DNA of 64,000 bases from the NCBI GenBank assembly GCA_903845065.1, contig CAIMWH010000063.1, positions 40,003-104,002 of the forward strand. Reading direction: 5' to 3'. Positions 1 through 9,686 of this stretch are shown here, in pieces. The DNA is from an uncultured Rhodospirillales bacterium (GTDB lineage: Bacteria; Pseudomonadota; Alphaproteobacteria; Acetobacterales; Acetobacteraceae). Below the pieces are notes generated by a model. It was not told where the DNA came from. It saw nothing but the letters and a program-made list of their open reading frames with translations, and did not search any database. The first letter of the stretch is position 1; every line of letters starts with the position of its first letter. A program made the position numbers and the translations under genes.

Positions 1-316
1 TGGTCAACAAACTCGACGTCACCCCCGTCGCAATCTCCGACATGCTCCGCATCGAACACGGCGCCACAATCATCCCGCGCGTGCGAAACGACCCACTCGA
101 TATTGTCGCCCCAATATCCCCGATTGCATGAACCACCGTCGCTAGTTCCCGCACCGCGGCAACCTTCATGTCCAACTCATGCGCAATCGTCACCTCGGCC
201 GATCGCGACATCACCAAATGAGTCGCAACCCCAACCTCCCGCAAAACCTCCAGCAGCCGAACCCCAAACACCACCCCCGAAGCCCCGCTGATGCCCACCA
301 CCATCGGCGCCGTCAT
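1..316 (-). CDS. ubiX: flavin prenyltransferase UbiX, N-terminal part (3' end runs off the window)
   Basis: Manual minus-strand translation from ATG at 316-314 gives MTAPMVVGISGASGVVFGVRLLEVLREVGVATHLVMSRSAEVTIAHE...ISSGSFRTRGMIVAPCSMRSMSEIATG. This closely parallels E. coli UbiX (VGISGASG, THLVMS, SSGSF, PCS). It is absent from the ORF track because the window edge truncates it. Confidence 0.8.
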   Translation of the reverse strand, partial: MTAPMVVGISGASGVVFGVRLLEVLREVGVATHLVMSRSAEVTIAHELDMKVAAVRELATVVHAIGDIGATISSGSFRTRGMIVAPCSMRSMSEIATGVTSSLLT

Positions 317-341
317 GCCGGGAAGACCTGGGGTGAGGCAG

Positions 342-409
342 GGAAGGCAAGCAAGGCCAGGGCTCGGCCCCTGGTGGGGTCGAGGGGCAAAGCCCCCGCC
401 TTGCCTTCC
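342..409. other. GC-rich nested palindromic intergenic element (three-stem structure)
   Basis: The outer 10-bp stem ggaaggcaag (342-351) pairs with cttgccttcc (400-409). It encloses two inner hairpins: ccaggg/ccctgg (357-362 / 369-374) and ggggc-aaa-gcccc (384-396). The element lies between the aminotransferase stop (438) and the ubiX start (316), both on the minus strand. There is no U-tract. Confidence 0.5.
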
Positions 410-437
410 TTCCCGCCGCGCCCCGGATCTCCCGTCA

Positions 438-1808
438 TCACGCCGCCGGTGCGTGGAGGACGTCATCGAGCGCTTGGCGGAGGCGGGTGGTGAGTTCCGT
501 GATTTCCTCGGGTTTGATGATGAGTGGCGGGGCCATGACGATGCTTTCGCCGATGGGGCGGGTGAGCACGCCACGTTCGATGCCGGCTTCATAGGTGGCC
601 TGGCCGAGCCCGCCCATTTTCATGCCGGTATCGGCAGCGGTATGGCCTTCGCGACGGAGTTGGACGGCACCGGCGAGGCCACAGTGGCGAATGGAGCCGA
701 CCAAGGGGTGATCGGTGAGGCTTTCCAGCGCCGCCTGCCACAGCGGCATGATGCGGCGCACGTGGCCGACGATATCGCGCTTTTCGAAAATCTCGATAGT
801 CTTGAGCGCCACGGCCGCGGCCACCGGGTGCGCATGATAGGTGCCGGCATGGGCGAGCCACCCATCGGCCTTGCTGCCGGCGATCATGCGGTCGTGGAAA
901 TCCGGGGACATGATGATGGCGGAAATCGGCTGATAGGCACTGGAGAGTCCCTTGGCCGAGGTAATGCAGTCCGGCTGGATGGCGAAGGTCTCGGAGCCCC
1001 ACATGTTGCCGGTGCGCCCGAACCCGGTCACTACTTCGTCGGCAAAAAGCTGGATACCGAATTCATCGAGCACCGCCTTGATGGCGGGGAAGTATCCGGC
1101 CGGCGGCGGCAGCATCCCGGCCGAGACGGATACCGGCTCAGCGATCATCGCTGCCACCGTCTCGGGCCCGGCGGCGATGATCGCCGCACGCAATTCCTCG
1201 GCGAGCCTCGCGGTGTAGCCCGCCTCGCTCTCCCCCGGTAGCCCCGCCATCGGCCAGGCGGGCTGGCTGACATACACATGGTCAACCGTGGGAATGCCGA
1301 AGCTCTCCTGCAACGCGGCGCTCCCGCCGAGCCCGGTGGTGAGTGCCGTGCCACCATGATAGCTGCCGCGTCGCGAGATGATCTTGCGGCGCGCCTTCGC
1401 CCCGGTATGGCCGTTGCCGTACCACATGAACTTGATCAGGCTGTCATTCGCCTCCGATCCGGTGGTGGCGAAGGCGATCCGCGCGTTCTTGATCGGCGCA
1501 ATCGCCGCCAGCCGGTCCGCCAGTTCCAGCACCACCGGCACCGTGCGATGCGCGCCCGAGGGATACATCGGCAGCGCCCGCATCTGCCGCGTCGCCGCCT
1601 CGATCAGTTCCGCGTCATTGTAACCGAGCGCCACGCAGTAGAACGAGGACACCGCCTCGATATACTCCCGCCCGCGCTCGTCGCTGACGAACACCCCGCG
1701 CCCCCCGGTGAGCACCAGCGGCCGCTCGCGGCGCAACCGGTCGAGATCGGAGAAACCCAGCACCAGGGTATCGTTGCGATAGTTGCCCACAGCGGCATGA
1801 TCAGGCAT
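438..1808 (-). CDS. class III (omega-type) pyridoxal-phosphate aminotransferase
   Basis: Inner part of ORF 438..2141. I chose the ATG at 1808 (MPDHAAVGNYRND...), preceded by GGGAGG. Class III hallmarks are present: ATTGSEANDS, FADEVVTGFGRTG, SAKGLSSAYQP. The upstream 111 codons are R/C-rich and overlap the next gene. Confidence 0.9.
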   Translation of the reverse strand: MPDHAAVGNYRNDTLVLGFSDLDRLRRERPLVLTGGRGVFVSDERGREYIEAVSSFYCVALGYNDAELIEAATRQMRALPMYPSGAHRTVPVVLELADRLAAIAPIKNARIAFATTGSEANDSLIKFMWYGNGHTGAKARRKIISRRGSYHGGTALTTGLGGSAALQESFGIPTVDHVYVSQPAWPMAGLPGESEAGYTARLAEELRAAIIAAGPETVAAMIAEPVSVSAGMLPPPAGYFPAIKAVLDEFGIQLFADEVVTGFGRTGNMWGSETFAIQPDCITSAKGLSSAYQPISAIIMSPDFHDRMIAGSKADGWLAHAGTYHAHPVAAAVALKTIEIFEKRDIVGHVRRIMPLWQAALESLTDHPLVGSIRHCGLAGAVQLRREGHTAADTGMKMGGLGQATYEAGIERGVLTRPIGESIVMAPPLIIKPEEITELTTRLRQALDDVLHAPAA

Positions 1809-1869
1809 CGGAGCCTCCCTCACGGATCGGGGGATGCTAGAGCGCGCCCCGCCGCAAGGCCATGGCGAA

Positions 1870-2685
1870 CTACACCGAAACCCACACTCCGCCGTCCTCG
1901 CGCGCCACCCCGTCATCGCGCAGCTTGTGCAGATGCGCGAGTACCGAGCGCTCCGCCGCCGGCCGCAACGCCGGCTTGAGATCGACATACAGCGCCAGCA
2001 CCAGCTCCCCCGGCGTCTGCGGCCCGGCCGACAGCGCATTGCCGATCGCAGCCTCCCGTTGCAGGCGATGCTGCAACAGGAAATTCCCGTAGCGTGCCGG
2101 GTCGGGAATCCCCGGCCCATGCCCGGGGAGATACAGCGCATCCTCCCGCGCCAGCATCCGCCGCAGCGAGGCGAAATACTGCGTCATGTTCCCCTGCGGC
2201 GGCGAGACGATCGACGTCGACCAGGACATGATGTGGTCCGCCGTCAGCACCACCCCGTCCCGCGCGAAACACAAATGGTCCGCCGCGTGGCCAGGCGTGT
2301 AGAGCGCCGTCCACCCCGCCACCACATCGTTGTCATGCAACGGAATATCCGGCGTGAAAACCGGTGTGGCGGACGCGAAATACCCATATGTCGGCGCCCC
2401 GGTGGCGGCCTTCAGCGCCGGCAACCCGTCGATATGATCGGGATGGGTATGGCTCACCACGATGCGCTTCACCCGCCCGCCGGTCGCCTTCAGGATCGCC
2501 ACCAGGTGCGATTCGCTATCCGGCCCCGGGTCCAGCACCGCGAATCCATCCCCCTCGTCGATGAGGTAGGTATTGGTGCCCCAATAGGTGAACCCACCCG
2601 GATTGGGCGCCACGATCCGCGAAATCCCCGGCGCCGCCGGCAGCACATCGCCGCGAACCGGCTCAGCCTCGCTATAGAAACTCAT
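1870..2685 (-). CDS. MBL-fold metallo-hydrolase
   Basis: Inner part of ORF 1870..3312, starting at ATG 2685 (MSFYSEAEP...). It carries the HxHxDH motif (SHTHPDHIDG) and a later TPGHAADH. Its start overlaps the upstream stop as ATGA. Confidence 0.85.
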   Translation of the reverse strand: MSFYSEAEPVRGDVLPAAPGISRIVAPNPGGFTYWGTNTYLIDEGDGFAVLDPGPDSESHLVAILKATGGRVKRIVVSHTHPDHIDGLPALKAATGAPTYGYFASATPVFTPDIPLHDNDVVAGWTALYTPGHAADHLCFARDGVVLTADHIMSWSTSIVSPPQGNMTQYFASLRRMLAREDALYLPGHGPGIPDPARYGNFLLQHRLQREAAIGNALSAGPQTPGELVLALYVDLKPALRPAAERSVLAHLHKLRDDGVAREDGGVWVSV

Positions 2686-3620
2686 GCGGCCCTCTTTTCC
2701 AGACGGTGGCGACGTTGCTCTCCATGCAGAGAGTACAACCCCGCCAGCGCAATCACCACCGCCCCCTGCACCGCCGCCAGATGCGGCATTTCGTCGAAGA
2801 TCAGCCACCCCAGCGTCACCGCCCACAGCATCGACGAATAATCGAACGGCCCCAACGCGGACACCGGCGCCAGCGCATAGGCCCGCGCGTTCATCATCTG
2901 CGCCACCCCGGTGAGCACCCCGAGCGCCAGCAACGCCAGCAACGCCGGCATCGGCATCCCGGGGATCGGCACCCAGATCAGCATCAGAAACCCGACCGGG
3001 ATGTGCATGAGCAGCAGCGAGAACGCCAGGCATTCCGGCGTTTCGGTGGTGGACAACTGCCGCGTCATCAACCGCGCGAACGCCGAGCACACCACCCCCG
3101 CCAGCAGCAGCGCCAGCGCCGGGCTCCACAAATCCCCGCCCGGCCGCAGCATGATCAGCACGCCGGCGAACCCCAGCAGCGTCGCGACAATGCGCCGCCA
3201 GTCCAGCCGCTCCCCGATCAGCACCACCGCGAACAACGTCGCCAACAGCGGCGTGGTGAACCCCACCGCGTACGAATCGGCCAATGTCATCGAGGCCCAG
3301 GAGGCGAACCACGTCACCCCCACCACCGCCTGCAACAGGCTGCGCGCCACCACCATCTGCCAGCGCACCGGCCGCAACCGCGCCAGCCCCGCCCGCCCGT
3401 TGCGCGCCGTGATCAGCAACACCGTGCCCGAGCCGATAAACCCGCGAAACAGGATCGCGCTCGTCAGCCCCGCCATCGGCAACGCGAATTTCACCGCCAC
3501 ATCGCTGAACGTCATGATGAAATAGCAGGCGGTGATCAGCACGATGCCGCGCACCGTATCGGCCCCATTGTCACGCAATGCGCGGGGCACCGCCCGCGTC
3601 GCCGCCATGCTGACCGACAT
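2682..3620 (-). CDS. DMT superfamily (EamA-like) transporter
   Basis: Inner part of ORF 2682..3737 from ATG 3620 (MSVSMAATRA...). About ten hydrophobic segments form two EamA-like halves. An alternative start is the ATG at 3608. Confidence 0.8.
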   Translation of the reverse strand: MSVSMAATRAVPRALRDNGADTVRGIVLITACYFIMTFSDVAVKFALPMAGLTSAILFRGFIGSGTVLLITARNGRAGLARLRPVRWQMVVARSLLQAVVGVTWFASWASMTLADSYAVGFTTPLLATLFAVVLIGERLDWRRIVATLLGFAGVLIMLRPGGDLWSPALALLLAGVVCSAFARLMTRQLSTTETPECLAFSLLLMHIPVGFLMLIWVPIPGMPMPALLALLALGVLTGVAQMMNARAYALAPVSALGPFDYSSMLWAVTLGWLIFDEMPHLAAVQGAVVIALAGLYSLHGEQRRHRLEKRAA

Positions 3621-3746
3621 ATCCACCCTCGCCCGGAATCCCCTCGCGATCCTGCCCCCGTTCCGTGGCGAAATCGTGCCACCTTCGTTTGCGTTTTCCG
3701 AATGGCCGCCATGTTCTTCCCCCGCCCGCTGTGGCAAAGAGCCTCA

Positions 3747-4457
3747 ATGGAAGCCGCCGAATACGCCCTGATGGACCAGGCCGAGAGCCGCATGTGGTGG
3801 TACCGCGCGCTGCACACCCGCCTCGCCGCCGCCCTCGCGGATATCGACGGCCCCGTTCTCGATGCCGGCTGCGGCACCGGCGGCCTGCTCGCCACATTGC
3901 CGCGTGCCTGCTTCGGCCTCGAATACTTCGAACCCGCCGCCCATCTCGCCGCCGCCAAATCCGGCGCCAGCATCTGCGTCGGCAGCATCAACGCCCTGCC
4001 TTACGCCGACAGCAGCTTCGCCGCCGCCGTCAGCGCCGACGTGCTGTGCCACGCCGCGGTCGACCCAGCCATCGCCCTCGCCGAACTCCACCGCGTCCTC
4101 CGCCCCGGCGGCCGCCTCGTGCTCAACCTGCCCGCCTACCAGTGGCTCCTCGCGGCGCACGATCTGCGCGTCCACAACGCCCGCCGCTTCACCGCCACCG
4201 CCGCCCGCGCCCTGCTCGCCGCGGCCGGCTTCACCGCCATCCGAACCCGCTACTGGAACAGCCTGCTGCTGCCGCTGATGATCCTCCAGCGCAAAATTCT
4301 CGCCCGCCGCCACAATGCGGCCTCCGATGTCGCCGCCTTTTCGCCATGGCTTGACGCCACATTGCATGGCATCACCCGGCTCGAACGCCACCTCCCCGCG
4401 CTGCCCTTCGGCGGCTCGGTACTGGTGACCGCCACCCGACCAGGCACCACGCCATGA
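3747..4457 (+). CDS. class I SAM-dependent methyltransferase
   Basis: C-terminal part of ORF 2706..4457. Motif I is VLDAGCGTGG and a later motif is LRPGGRLVLN. The start MEAAEYALMDQAESRMWWYRALH at 3747 fits family N-termini; an alternative ATG lies at 3702. The first ~330 codons of the track ORF are antisense to the EamA gene. Confidence 0.8.
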   Translation: MEAAEYALMDQAESRMWWYRALHTRLAAALADIDGPVLDAGCGTGGLLATLPRACFGLEYFEPAAHLAAAKSGASICVGSINALPYADSSFAAAVSADVLCHAAVDPAIALAELHRVLRPGGRLVLNLPAYQWLLAAHDLRVHNARRFTATAARALLAAAGFTAIRTRYWNSLLLPLMILQRKILARRHNAASDVAAFSPWLDATLHGITRLERHLPALPFGGSVLVTATRPGTTP

Positions 4458-5464
4458 CCCAGGACCCCGAAATGCCCCCGGCCAGCCTCGCCACCGCCCA
4501 CCCCGTCCCGAGTTTCGGCCTCTCCATCGTCGTGCCGGTCTATCGCGGCGCCACCACCGTGGGCTCCCTGGTCAAGGCGCTGTCCGAACTGCGCCCGGAA
4601 GGCGGCCTCGAAGTCATCCTGGTGAATGACGGTAGCCCCGACAACTCGGCCGAGGTCTGCGCCGACATCGTGCGCACCGCGACCATCCCGGTCACCTACG
4701 TCGAGCACATGCGCAACTACGGCGAGCACAACGCGGTGATGACCGGCCTGCGCCAGATGCGCGGCCGCTACGTCATCACCATGGATGATGACCTGCAAAA
4801 CCCGCCCGAGGAAGTCACCCGCCTCTACGATCACGCCCGGAGCGGCAACTGGGATGTCGTCTACACCCGCTATGCCGAGAAAAAGCATGCCTTGTGGCGC
4901 AACATCGGCAGCCGCTTCGCCAACAAGGTGGCGGACTGGCTGCTCGACAAGCCGCCCGGCCTCTACCTCTCCTCGTTCCGCTGCATGTCCGCCGCCGTTG
5001 TCCGCAACGTCACCCGCTACCGCGGCCCCTACCCCTATATCGACGGGCTGATCATGCAGATCACCCAACGCATCGACAGCATAGAGGTCCGCCACCTGCC
5101 CCGCGCCGAGGGCCGTTCCAACTACACCCTGCGCCGCCTCATCCGCCTGTGGCTCAACCTCGCCACCTCGTTCTCCCTCGCCCCCCTGCGCATGGCGATG
5201 CTGGCCGGCGCCACCATGGCGGTGCTCGGCACCATCGGCGCGGTGTTCACCATCATCGAGGCGCTGTTCAGCACCACCACCCCCTCCGGCTGGGCCTCCA
5301 CCATGACGGCCATCCTGCTGGTCTCCGGCGTGCAATCCATGGTGCTCGGCGTGATGGGCGAATACATCGGCCGCACGTTCCTCTCAGCCAACGGCAAGCC
5401 GCAAGGCACCATCCGCCACGTCGCCCGCTCCGTCGATGCCGCCACCCGGTCCGACGTCGCATGA
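4454..5464 (+). CDS. GT2 polyprenyl-phosphate glycosyltransferase (ArnC/GtrB/DPM1-like)
   Basis: N-terminal GT-A fold motifs are present (LSIVVPVYRG, VILVNDGSPDNS, ITMDDDLQNPPEE). Two C-terminal TM helices follow. The start overlaps the upstream stop as ATGA. Confidence 0.85.
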   Translation: MTQDPEMPPASLATAHPVPSFGLSIVVPVYRGATTVGSLVKALSELRPEGGLEVILVNDGSPDNSAEVCADIVRTATIPVTYVEHMRNYGEHNAVMTGLRQMRGRYVITMDDDLQNPPEEVTRLYDHARSGNWDVVYTRYAEKKHALWRNIGSRFANKVADWLLDKPPGLYLSSFRCMSAAVVRNVTRYRGPYPYIDGLIMQITQRIDSIEVRHLPRAEGRSNYTLRRLIRLWLNLATSFSLAPLRMAMLAGATMAVLGTIGAVFTIIEALFSTTTPSGWASTMTAILLVSGVQSMVLGVMGEYIGRTFLSANGKPQGTIRHVARSVDAATRSDVA

Positions 5465-5793
5465 GCTTCCACTGGATCATCCTGACCATCGCCATCGCCA
5501 CCTCGATGGCCGGCCAGACCCTGCTGAAAGGCGGCGCCGGCGCCGGCACCTTCCTCCAACAACTGCTCGATTGGCGCACCATCTGCGGCCTCACCCTCTA
5601 CGGCGGCGCCGCCCTGCTGTACATCATCGCCCTGCGCAAAATCCCGATGTCGGTCGCTCTGCCCAGCACCGCCATCAGCTACGTCGCCGCCGCCCTCATC
5701 GGACACTTCACCTTCGGCGAACCCCTGACGATCCAACACCTCGCCGCCCTCGGGCTGATCAGCGCCGGCGTGGTGATGCTCGCGCTGACCTGA
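5461..5793 (+). CDS. small single-EamA-domain membrane protein (ArnE/ArnF-like flippase subunit candidate)
   Basis: ATG at 5461 within ORF 4894..5793 gives MSFHWIILTIAIATSMAGQTLLK..., 110 aa with 4 predicted TM segments. The start overlaps the GT2 stop as ATGA. Confidence 0.7.
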   Translation: MSFHWIILTIAIATSMAGQTLLKGGAGAGTFLQQLLDWRTICGLTLYGGAALLYIIALRKIPMSVALPSTAISYVAAALIGHFTFGEPLTIQHLAALGLISAGVVMLALT

Positions 5794-5799
5794 TCGAGG

Positions 5800-6777
5800 C
5801 TACCGCCGCAGGTGGCATGCCACCATGTGGCCATCCTCGCGCCGCTCCAGCGCCGGCGCCGCCGTCTTGCAATGCGGCACCGCGATCGGGCAGCGGGTAT
5901 GGAAATGGCACCCCGACGGCGGATTGATCGGTGTCGGCACATCGCCCTGCAACACGATCCGCTTGCGCTTCACCTTGGGGTCCGGGATCGGAACCGCCGA
6001 CAGCAGCGCCTCCGTATAGGGATGCAGCGGGTTGTCATAAAGCTGCCGCGCCGAGGCAACCTCCACCACCCGCCCGAGATACATAACCGCCACCCGATCG
6101 CTGATGTGCTCCACCACCGACAAGTCATGCGCGATGAACAGATAGGTAAGGTCAAACTTCTCCTGCAGATCCTCCAGCAGGTTGATCACTTGCGCCTGCA
6201 CGGACACATCGAGCGCCGAAACCGGCTCGTCGCACACGATCAGCTTCGGCTCCACCGCCAGCGCCCGCGCAATCCCGATCCGCTGCCGCTGCCCGCCCGA
6301 GAACTCATGCGGATAGCGCCGCATGTGATCCGCCCGCAGCCCCACCGTTTCCAGCAGGTCCACCACCCGCGCCTCGATATCCTGCCGATAGCGCGCGATC
6401 CCGTGGATAATCAGCGCCTCGCCGATAATGGTGCCCACGGTGTGGCGCGGATTGAGCGAGGCGTAGGGGTCCTGGAAAATAATCTGCAAATCCCGCCGCA
6501 CCGAGCGCATCGCCTGCTCATCAAGCGCCGTGATGTCCTTGCCCTGGAACCACACCTCCCCCGACGTCGGCTCGATCAAGCGCAGAATGCAGCGCCCGGT
6601 GGTGGACTTGCCGCAGCCCGACTCCCCCACCAGCCCCAGCGTCTCGCCGGCCGCGATATCGAGCGAAACCCCATCCACCGCATGAACCCGCGCAACCTCG
6701 CGCCCCATCATCCCGCCCGTAATGGGGAAATGCTTCTTCAGCCCACGAACCGACAGCAACGCCTTGGAATCGCTCAT
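5800..6777 (-). CDS. peptide ABC transporter ATP-binding protein (OppF/DppF-like)
   Basis: ATG at 6777 ([17 protein letters not shown]). Walker A is GESGCGKST, the signature is FSGGQRQR and Walker B is LIVCDEP. The C-terminal oligopeptide-type extension contains CHFHTRC. The start overlaps the upstream stop as ATGA. Confidence 0.9.
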   Translation of the reverse strand: MSDSKALLSVRGLKKHFPITGGMMGREVARVHAVDGVSLDIAAGETLGLVGESGCGKSTTGRCILRLIEPTSGEVWFQGKDITALDEQAMRSVRRDLQIIFQDPYASLNPRHTVGTIIGEALIIHGIARYRQDIEARVVDLLETVGLRADHMRRYPHEFSGGQRQRIGIARALAVEPKLIVCDEPVSALDVSVQAQVINLLEDLQEKFDLTYLFIAHDLSVVEHISDRVAVMYLGRVVEVASARQLYDNPLHPYTEALLSAVPIPDPKVKRKRIVLQGDVPTPINPPSGCHFHTRCPIAVPHCKTAAPALERREDGHMVACHLRR

Positions 6778-7745
6778 AGCACGCACGCCGCCTTGTGGCC
6801 GGGCGCAACCTCGCGCAACGGCGGTTCCACCTTCCGGCAGGTCTCCACCGCAAACCCGCAACGCGCCGCGAACCGGCAGCCCTCCGGCGGATTGAGCAGG
6901 TTGGGCACCGTGCCCGGGATCTGCTCCAGCCGCCGCCGCACCGTCGCGCTCGCATCCACCCGCGGGATCGAGCGGATCAGCCCCTGCGTGTACGGATGGC
7001 GCGGATGGGCGAACAGGTCTTCCACCGTCGCCTCCTCCACCACCTTGCCGGCATACATCACCACCACCCGCTGCGCCGTTTCGGCCACCACCCCCATGGC
7101 GTGGGTGATCAGCATGATGGCCATGCCGAACCGCTCCTTCATCTCCACCAGCAGTTCCAGGATCTGCGCCTGGATGGTGACGTCGAGCGCCGTCGTCGGT
7201 TCATCGGCGATCAGCAGCTTCGGCTTGCACGCCAGCGCCAGCGCAATCATCACCCGCTGCCGCATGCCGCCCGAAAACTGGTGCGGATAGTCGTGCACCC
7301 GCCGCTCCGGGTTGGAAATCTGCACCAGGCGCAGCATCGCCACCGCCTCGTCCAACGCCGCCTTGCGTGACAACCCCTCATGCGTGCGCAGGGACTCCGC
7401 GATCTGCTGCCCGACCGGATACACCGGGTTCAGCGACGTCATCGGTTCCTGGAACACCATGGCGATTTCGCGCGCCCGTATCTTGTCCATCTCGGCGGGC
7501 GGCAACGGGATCAAGTCCCGTCCACGCCACAGGATCTGCCCGCCGGCGAACTGCCCGGGCGGCATGTCGATCAGCTTCAGCACGCTGCGCGCGGTCACCG
7601 TCTTGCCGCACCCGCTCTCGCCCACCACCGCCAGCGTCTCGCCGGCGCCGATGGACATGCTCACCCCATCCACCGCCCGCACCAGGCCGTCCTCGGTGCG
7701 AAACCAGGTCTTGAGATCACGAATATCAAGCAATGGATCGGCCAT
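6774..7745 (-). CDS. peptide ABC transporter ATP-binding protein (OppD/DppD-like)
   Basis: [15 protein letters not shown]..., with [17 protein letters not shown] and [12 protein letters not shown]. Confidence 0.9.
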   Translation of the reverse strand: MADPLLDIRDLKTWFRTEDGLVRAVDGVSMSIGAGETLAVVGESGCGKTVTARSVLKLIDMPPGQFAGGQILWRGRDLIPLPPAEMDKIRAREIAMVFQEPMTSLNPVYPVGQQIAESLRTHEGLSRKAALDEAVAMLRLVQISNPERRVHDYPHQFSGGMRQRVMIALALACKPKLLIADEPTTALDVTIQAQILELLVEMKERFGMAIMLITHAMGVVAETAQRVVVMYAGKVVEEATVEDLFAHPRHPYTQGLIRSIPRVDASATVRRRLEQIPGTVPNLLNPPEGCRFAARCGFAVETCRKVEPPLREVAPGHKAACVL

Positions 7746-7751
7746 GCGCCC

Positions 7752-8690
7752 TCACAGCACCCGGCGCGGATCGAGCGCATCGCGCAGTCCGTCGCCGATG
7801 AAATTGATCGAGAGCACGGCAATGAACATCGCCGAACCAGGAAACAGCGACCAGTAGGCGGCGACGTCGAGATAGTCCTTGGCGTCGAACAGCACCCGCC
7901 CCCAGGTGGGAATATCGGGCGGAAACCCGAGCCCGAGGAATGACAGCGTCGATTCCGCGATGATCGCATTGGCGACGTCGATGGTCCCCGCGACAATCAC
8001 CGGCCCCAGCGCATTGGGCAGGATATGGTGCACCACCAGCCGCGCTCGCGAGGCGCCCAGCGCCCGCGCCGCCTCGACGAACTCCTTCTCCCGCAGCGAC
8101 AAGAACTGCGCCCGCACCAGTCGCGCCACCGGCATCCAGCGCAGACCGCCGATCACCAGCACGATGAGCACGAACACCCCGCCCTCCGGCCCCAGCACCG
8201 CCTTCAGCCCATCGCGGAACAAGTAGATGATCAGCAGCAGCAATGGCAGTTGCGGCAAGGACAGGAACAAGTCGGCCAGCCACATCAGCGCCGCATCCAC
8301 CCGCCCGCGGGACATCCCGGCCGTAGCCCCCACCAGCACACCCACCACCATCGCGACGATCATCGCCACCAGCCCCACGGCGAGCGAAATCCGCCCGCCA
8401 TAGATCAGCCGCGCCAGGATATCCTGCCCCAGATCATCCGTTCCGAACGGATGCGCGAACGATGGCGGCTTGAGCTGCGCCGAGAAGTCGATGTCATTGA
8501 TCGCCACCGGCCACACCACCGGCCCGATGATGACAGCCAGCACCACCACCCCCAGCGCCACGAGGCTGGCCACGGCGAGGCGATGTTTGCGGAACCGCCG
8601 CCACGCATCCCGCGCCGGCGAAAACGCCGGGGCGGCACGAACAGCGGGGCCCGCGCTAGCGGAGGGCGATGCGGGGGTCGAGCCAGCCAT
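7752..8690 (-). CDS. peptide ABC transporter permease (OppC/DppC-like)
   Basis: Typical N-terminal AWRRFRKHRLA motif and an EAA-loop region (EFVEAARALGAS). I chose the ATG at 8690; the track start at 8705 is TTG. The start overlaps the upstream permease gene by about 35 nt, so it is uncertain. Confidence 0.85.
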   Translation of the reverse strand: MAGSTPASPSASAGPAVRAAPAFSPARDAWRRFRKHRLAVASLVALGVVVLAVIIGPVVWPVAINDIDFSAQLKPPSFAHPFGTDDLGQDILARLIYGGRISLAVGLVAMIVAMVVGVLVGATAGMSRGRVDAALMWLADLFLSLPQLPLLLLIIYLFRDGLKAVLGPEGGVFVLIVLVIGGLRWMPVARLVRAQFLSLREKEFVEAARALGASRARLVVHHILPNALGPVIVAGTIDVANAIIAESTLSFLGLGFPPDIPTWGRVLFDAKDYLDVAAYWSLFPGSAMFIAVLSINFIGDGLRDALDPRRVL

Positions 8691-9618
8691 ACAATACGTC
8701 TGCAATCAGGTTGAAGAGAACCACAAGACAGGAGAACACGAAGGTCACGCCCATGATCACCGGCGTGTCATTGGCAAGCATTGCTGAAATCAGCAGCGAA
8801 CCGATCCCCGGCACCCGGAAAATCTGCTCCGTCACGATGGCGCCGCCGAACACGATCGGCATCTGCAACGCCACCAGCGTCACCACCGGGATCAGCGCAT
8901 TGCGCACCACGTGCAGCACCAGCACCTTGCGCTCGCCGATCCCCTTCGATCGCGCGGTGGTGACGTAGTCGAGCTTGATCACCTCCAGCACCGAGGAGCG
9001 CACGTAGCGCACCAGCGAAGCGCCCTGGAACAACCCCAGCACCGTCACCGGCATGATGGATTGTCGGACATACTCCCACAGCCACGGCCAGCCGGAGCCG
9101 CGGATTTCCGTGGTGAACACGAACGGCAGCCAGTTCAACTGCACGCTGAACACCAGGATCAGCAACAACCCGGTGAAAAACGTCGGCAGTGAAAACCCGA
9201 TGAAGGCGAAGGTGTTGGCGATCTGGTCGAACAACGAATACGGCTTGGCCGCCGCCAGCACGCCCACCGGGATGGCAATCATGATCGCCAGCACCTGGGA
9301 CGCCCCGATCACCGCCATCGTCGTTGGCAGCCGCTGCAGGATCAGCGTGTCGACGTTCACCCGGCTGACGAAGGAGAACCCCCAGTCGCCCTGCAACATC
9401 GCGAACAGCCAGCGCACGTAGCGAATCCAGATCGGATCATCGAGACCGAACTTGGCCCGCAGCGCCAGGCGCACCTCGGGTGGCACATTCGGATTGGTCA
9501 CCAACTCGCCGAACGGGTCACCCGGTGCCAGCGCCAGCACAACGAACAGCACCAGGCTGATGCCGAACAGGCTGGGAATGGCGATCAACAAGCGGCGAAG
9601 CAGAAAGTCGCGGGACAA
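8656..9618 (-). CDS. peptide ABC transporter permease (OppB/DppB-like)
   Basis: MSRDFLLRRLLIAIPSLFGISLVLF... and DYVTTARSKGIGERKV (EAA loop). The start is TTG at 9618, preceded by GGAGA. Confidence 0.85.
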   Translation of the reverse strand: MSRDFLLRRLLIAIPSLFGISLVLFVVLALAPGDPFGELVTNPNVPPEVRLALRAKFGLDDPIWIRYVRWLFAMLQGDWGFSFVSRVNVDTLILQRLPTTMAVIGASQVLAIMIAIPVGVLAAAKPYSLFDQIANTFAFIGFSLPTFFTGLLLILVFSVQLNWLPFVFTTEIRGSGWPWLWEYVRQSIMPVTVLGLFQGASLVRYVRSSVLEVIKLDYVTTARSKGIGERKVLVLHVVRNALIPVVTLVALQMPIVFGGAIVTEQIFRVPGIGSLLISAMLANDTPVIMGVTFVFSCLVVLFNLIADVLYGWLDPRIALR

Positions 9619-9686
9619 CCGGGTCTCCAGGCAAAAGGATCAGCGGGCGCGGCAATCCACCGCGCCCGCTATCGGGAATGGCAGTG

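Noticed and set aside
2686-3312. Upstream extension of the MBL hydrolase ORF (1870..3312)
   Set aside because: The extension is G/A/R/V-rich low-complexity sequence overlapping the EamA gene in another frame. The ATG at 2685 gives a full-length MBL-fold protein with ATGA coupling.
2706-3701. N-terminal 330 codons of the 583-aa ORF 2706..4457
   Set aside because: They are antisense to the EamA transporter gene and are H/R/Q/P-rich. The methyltransferase similarity starts only near 3747.
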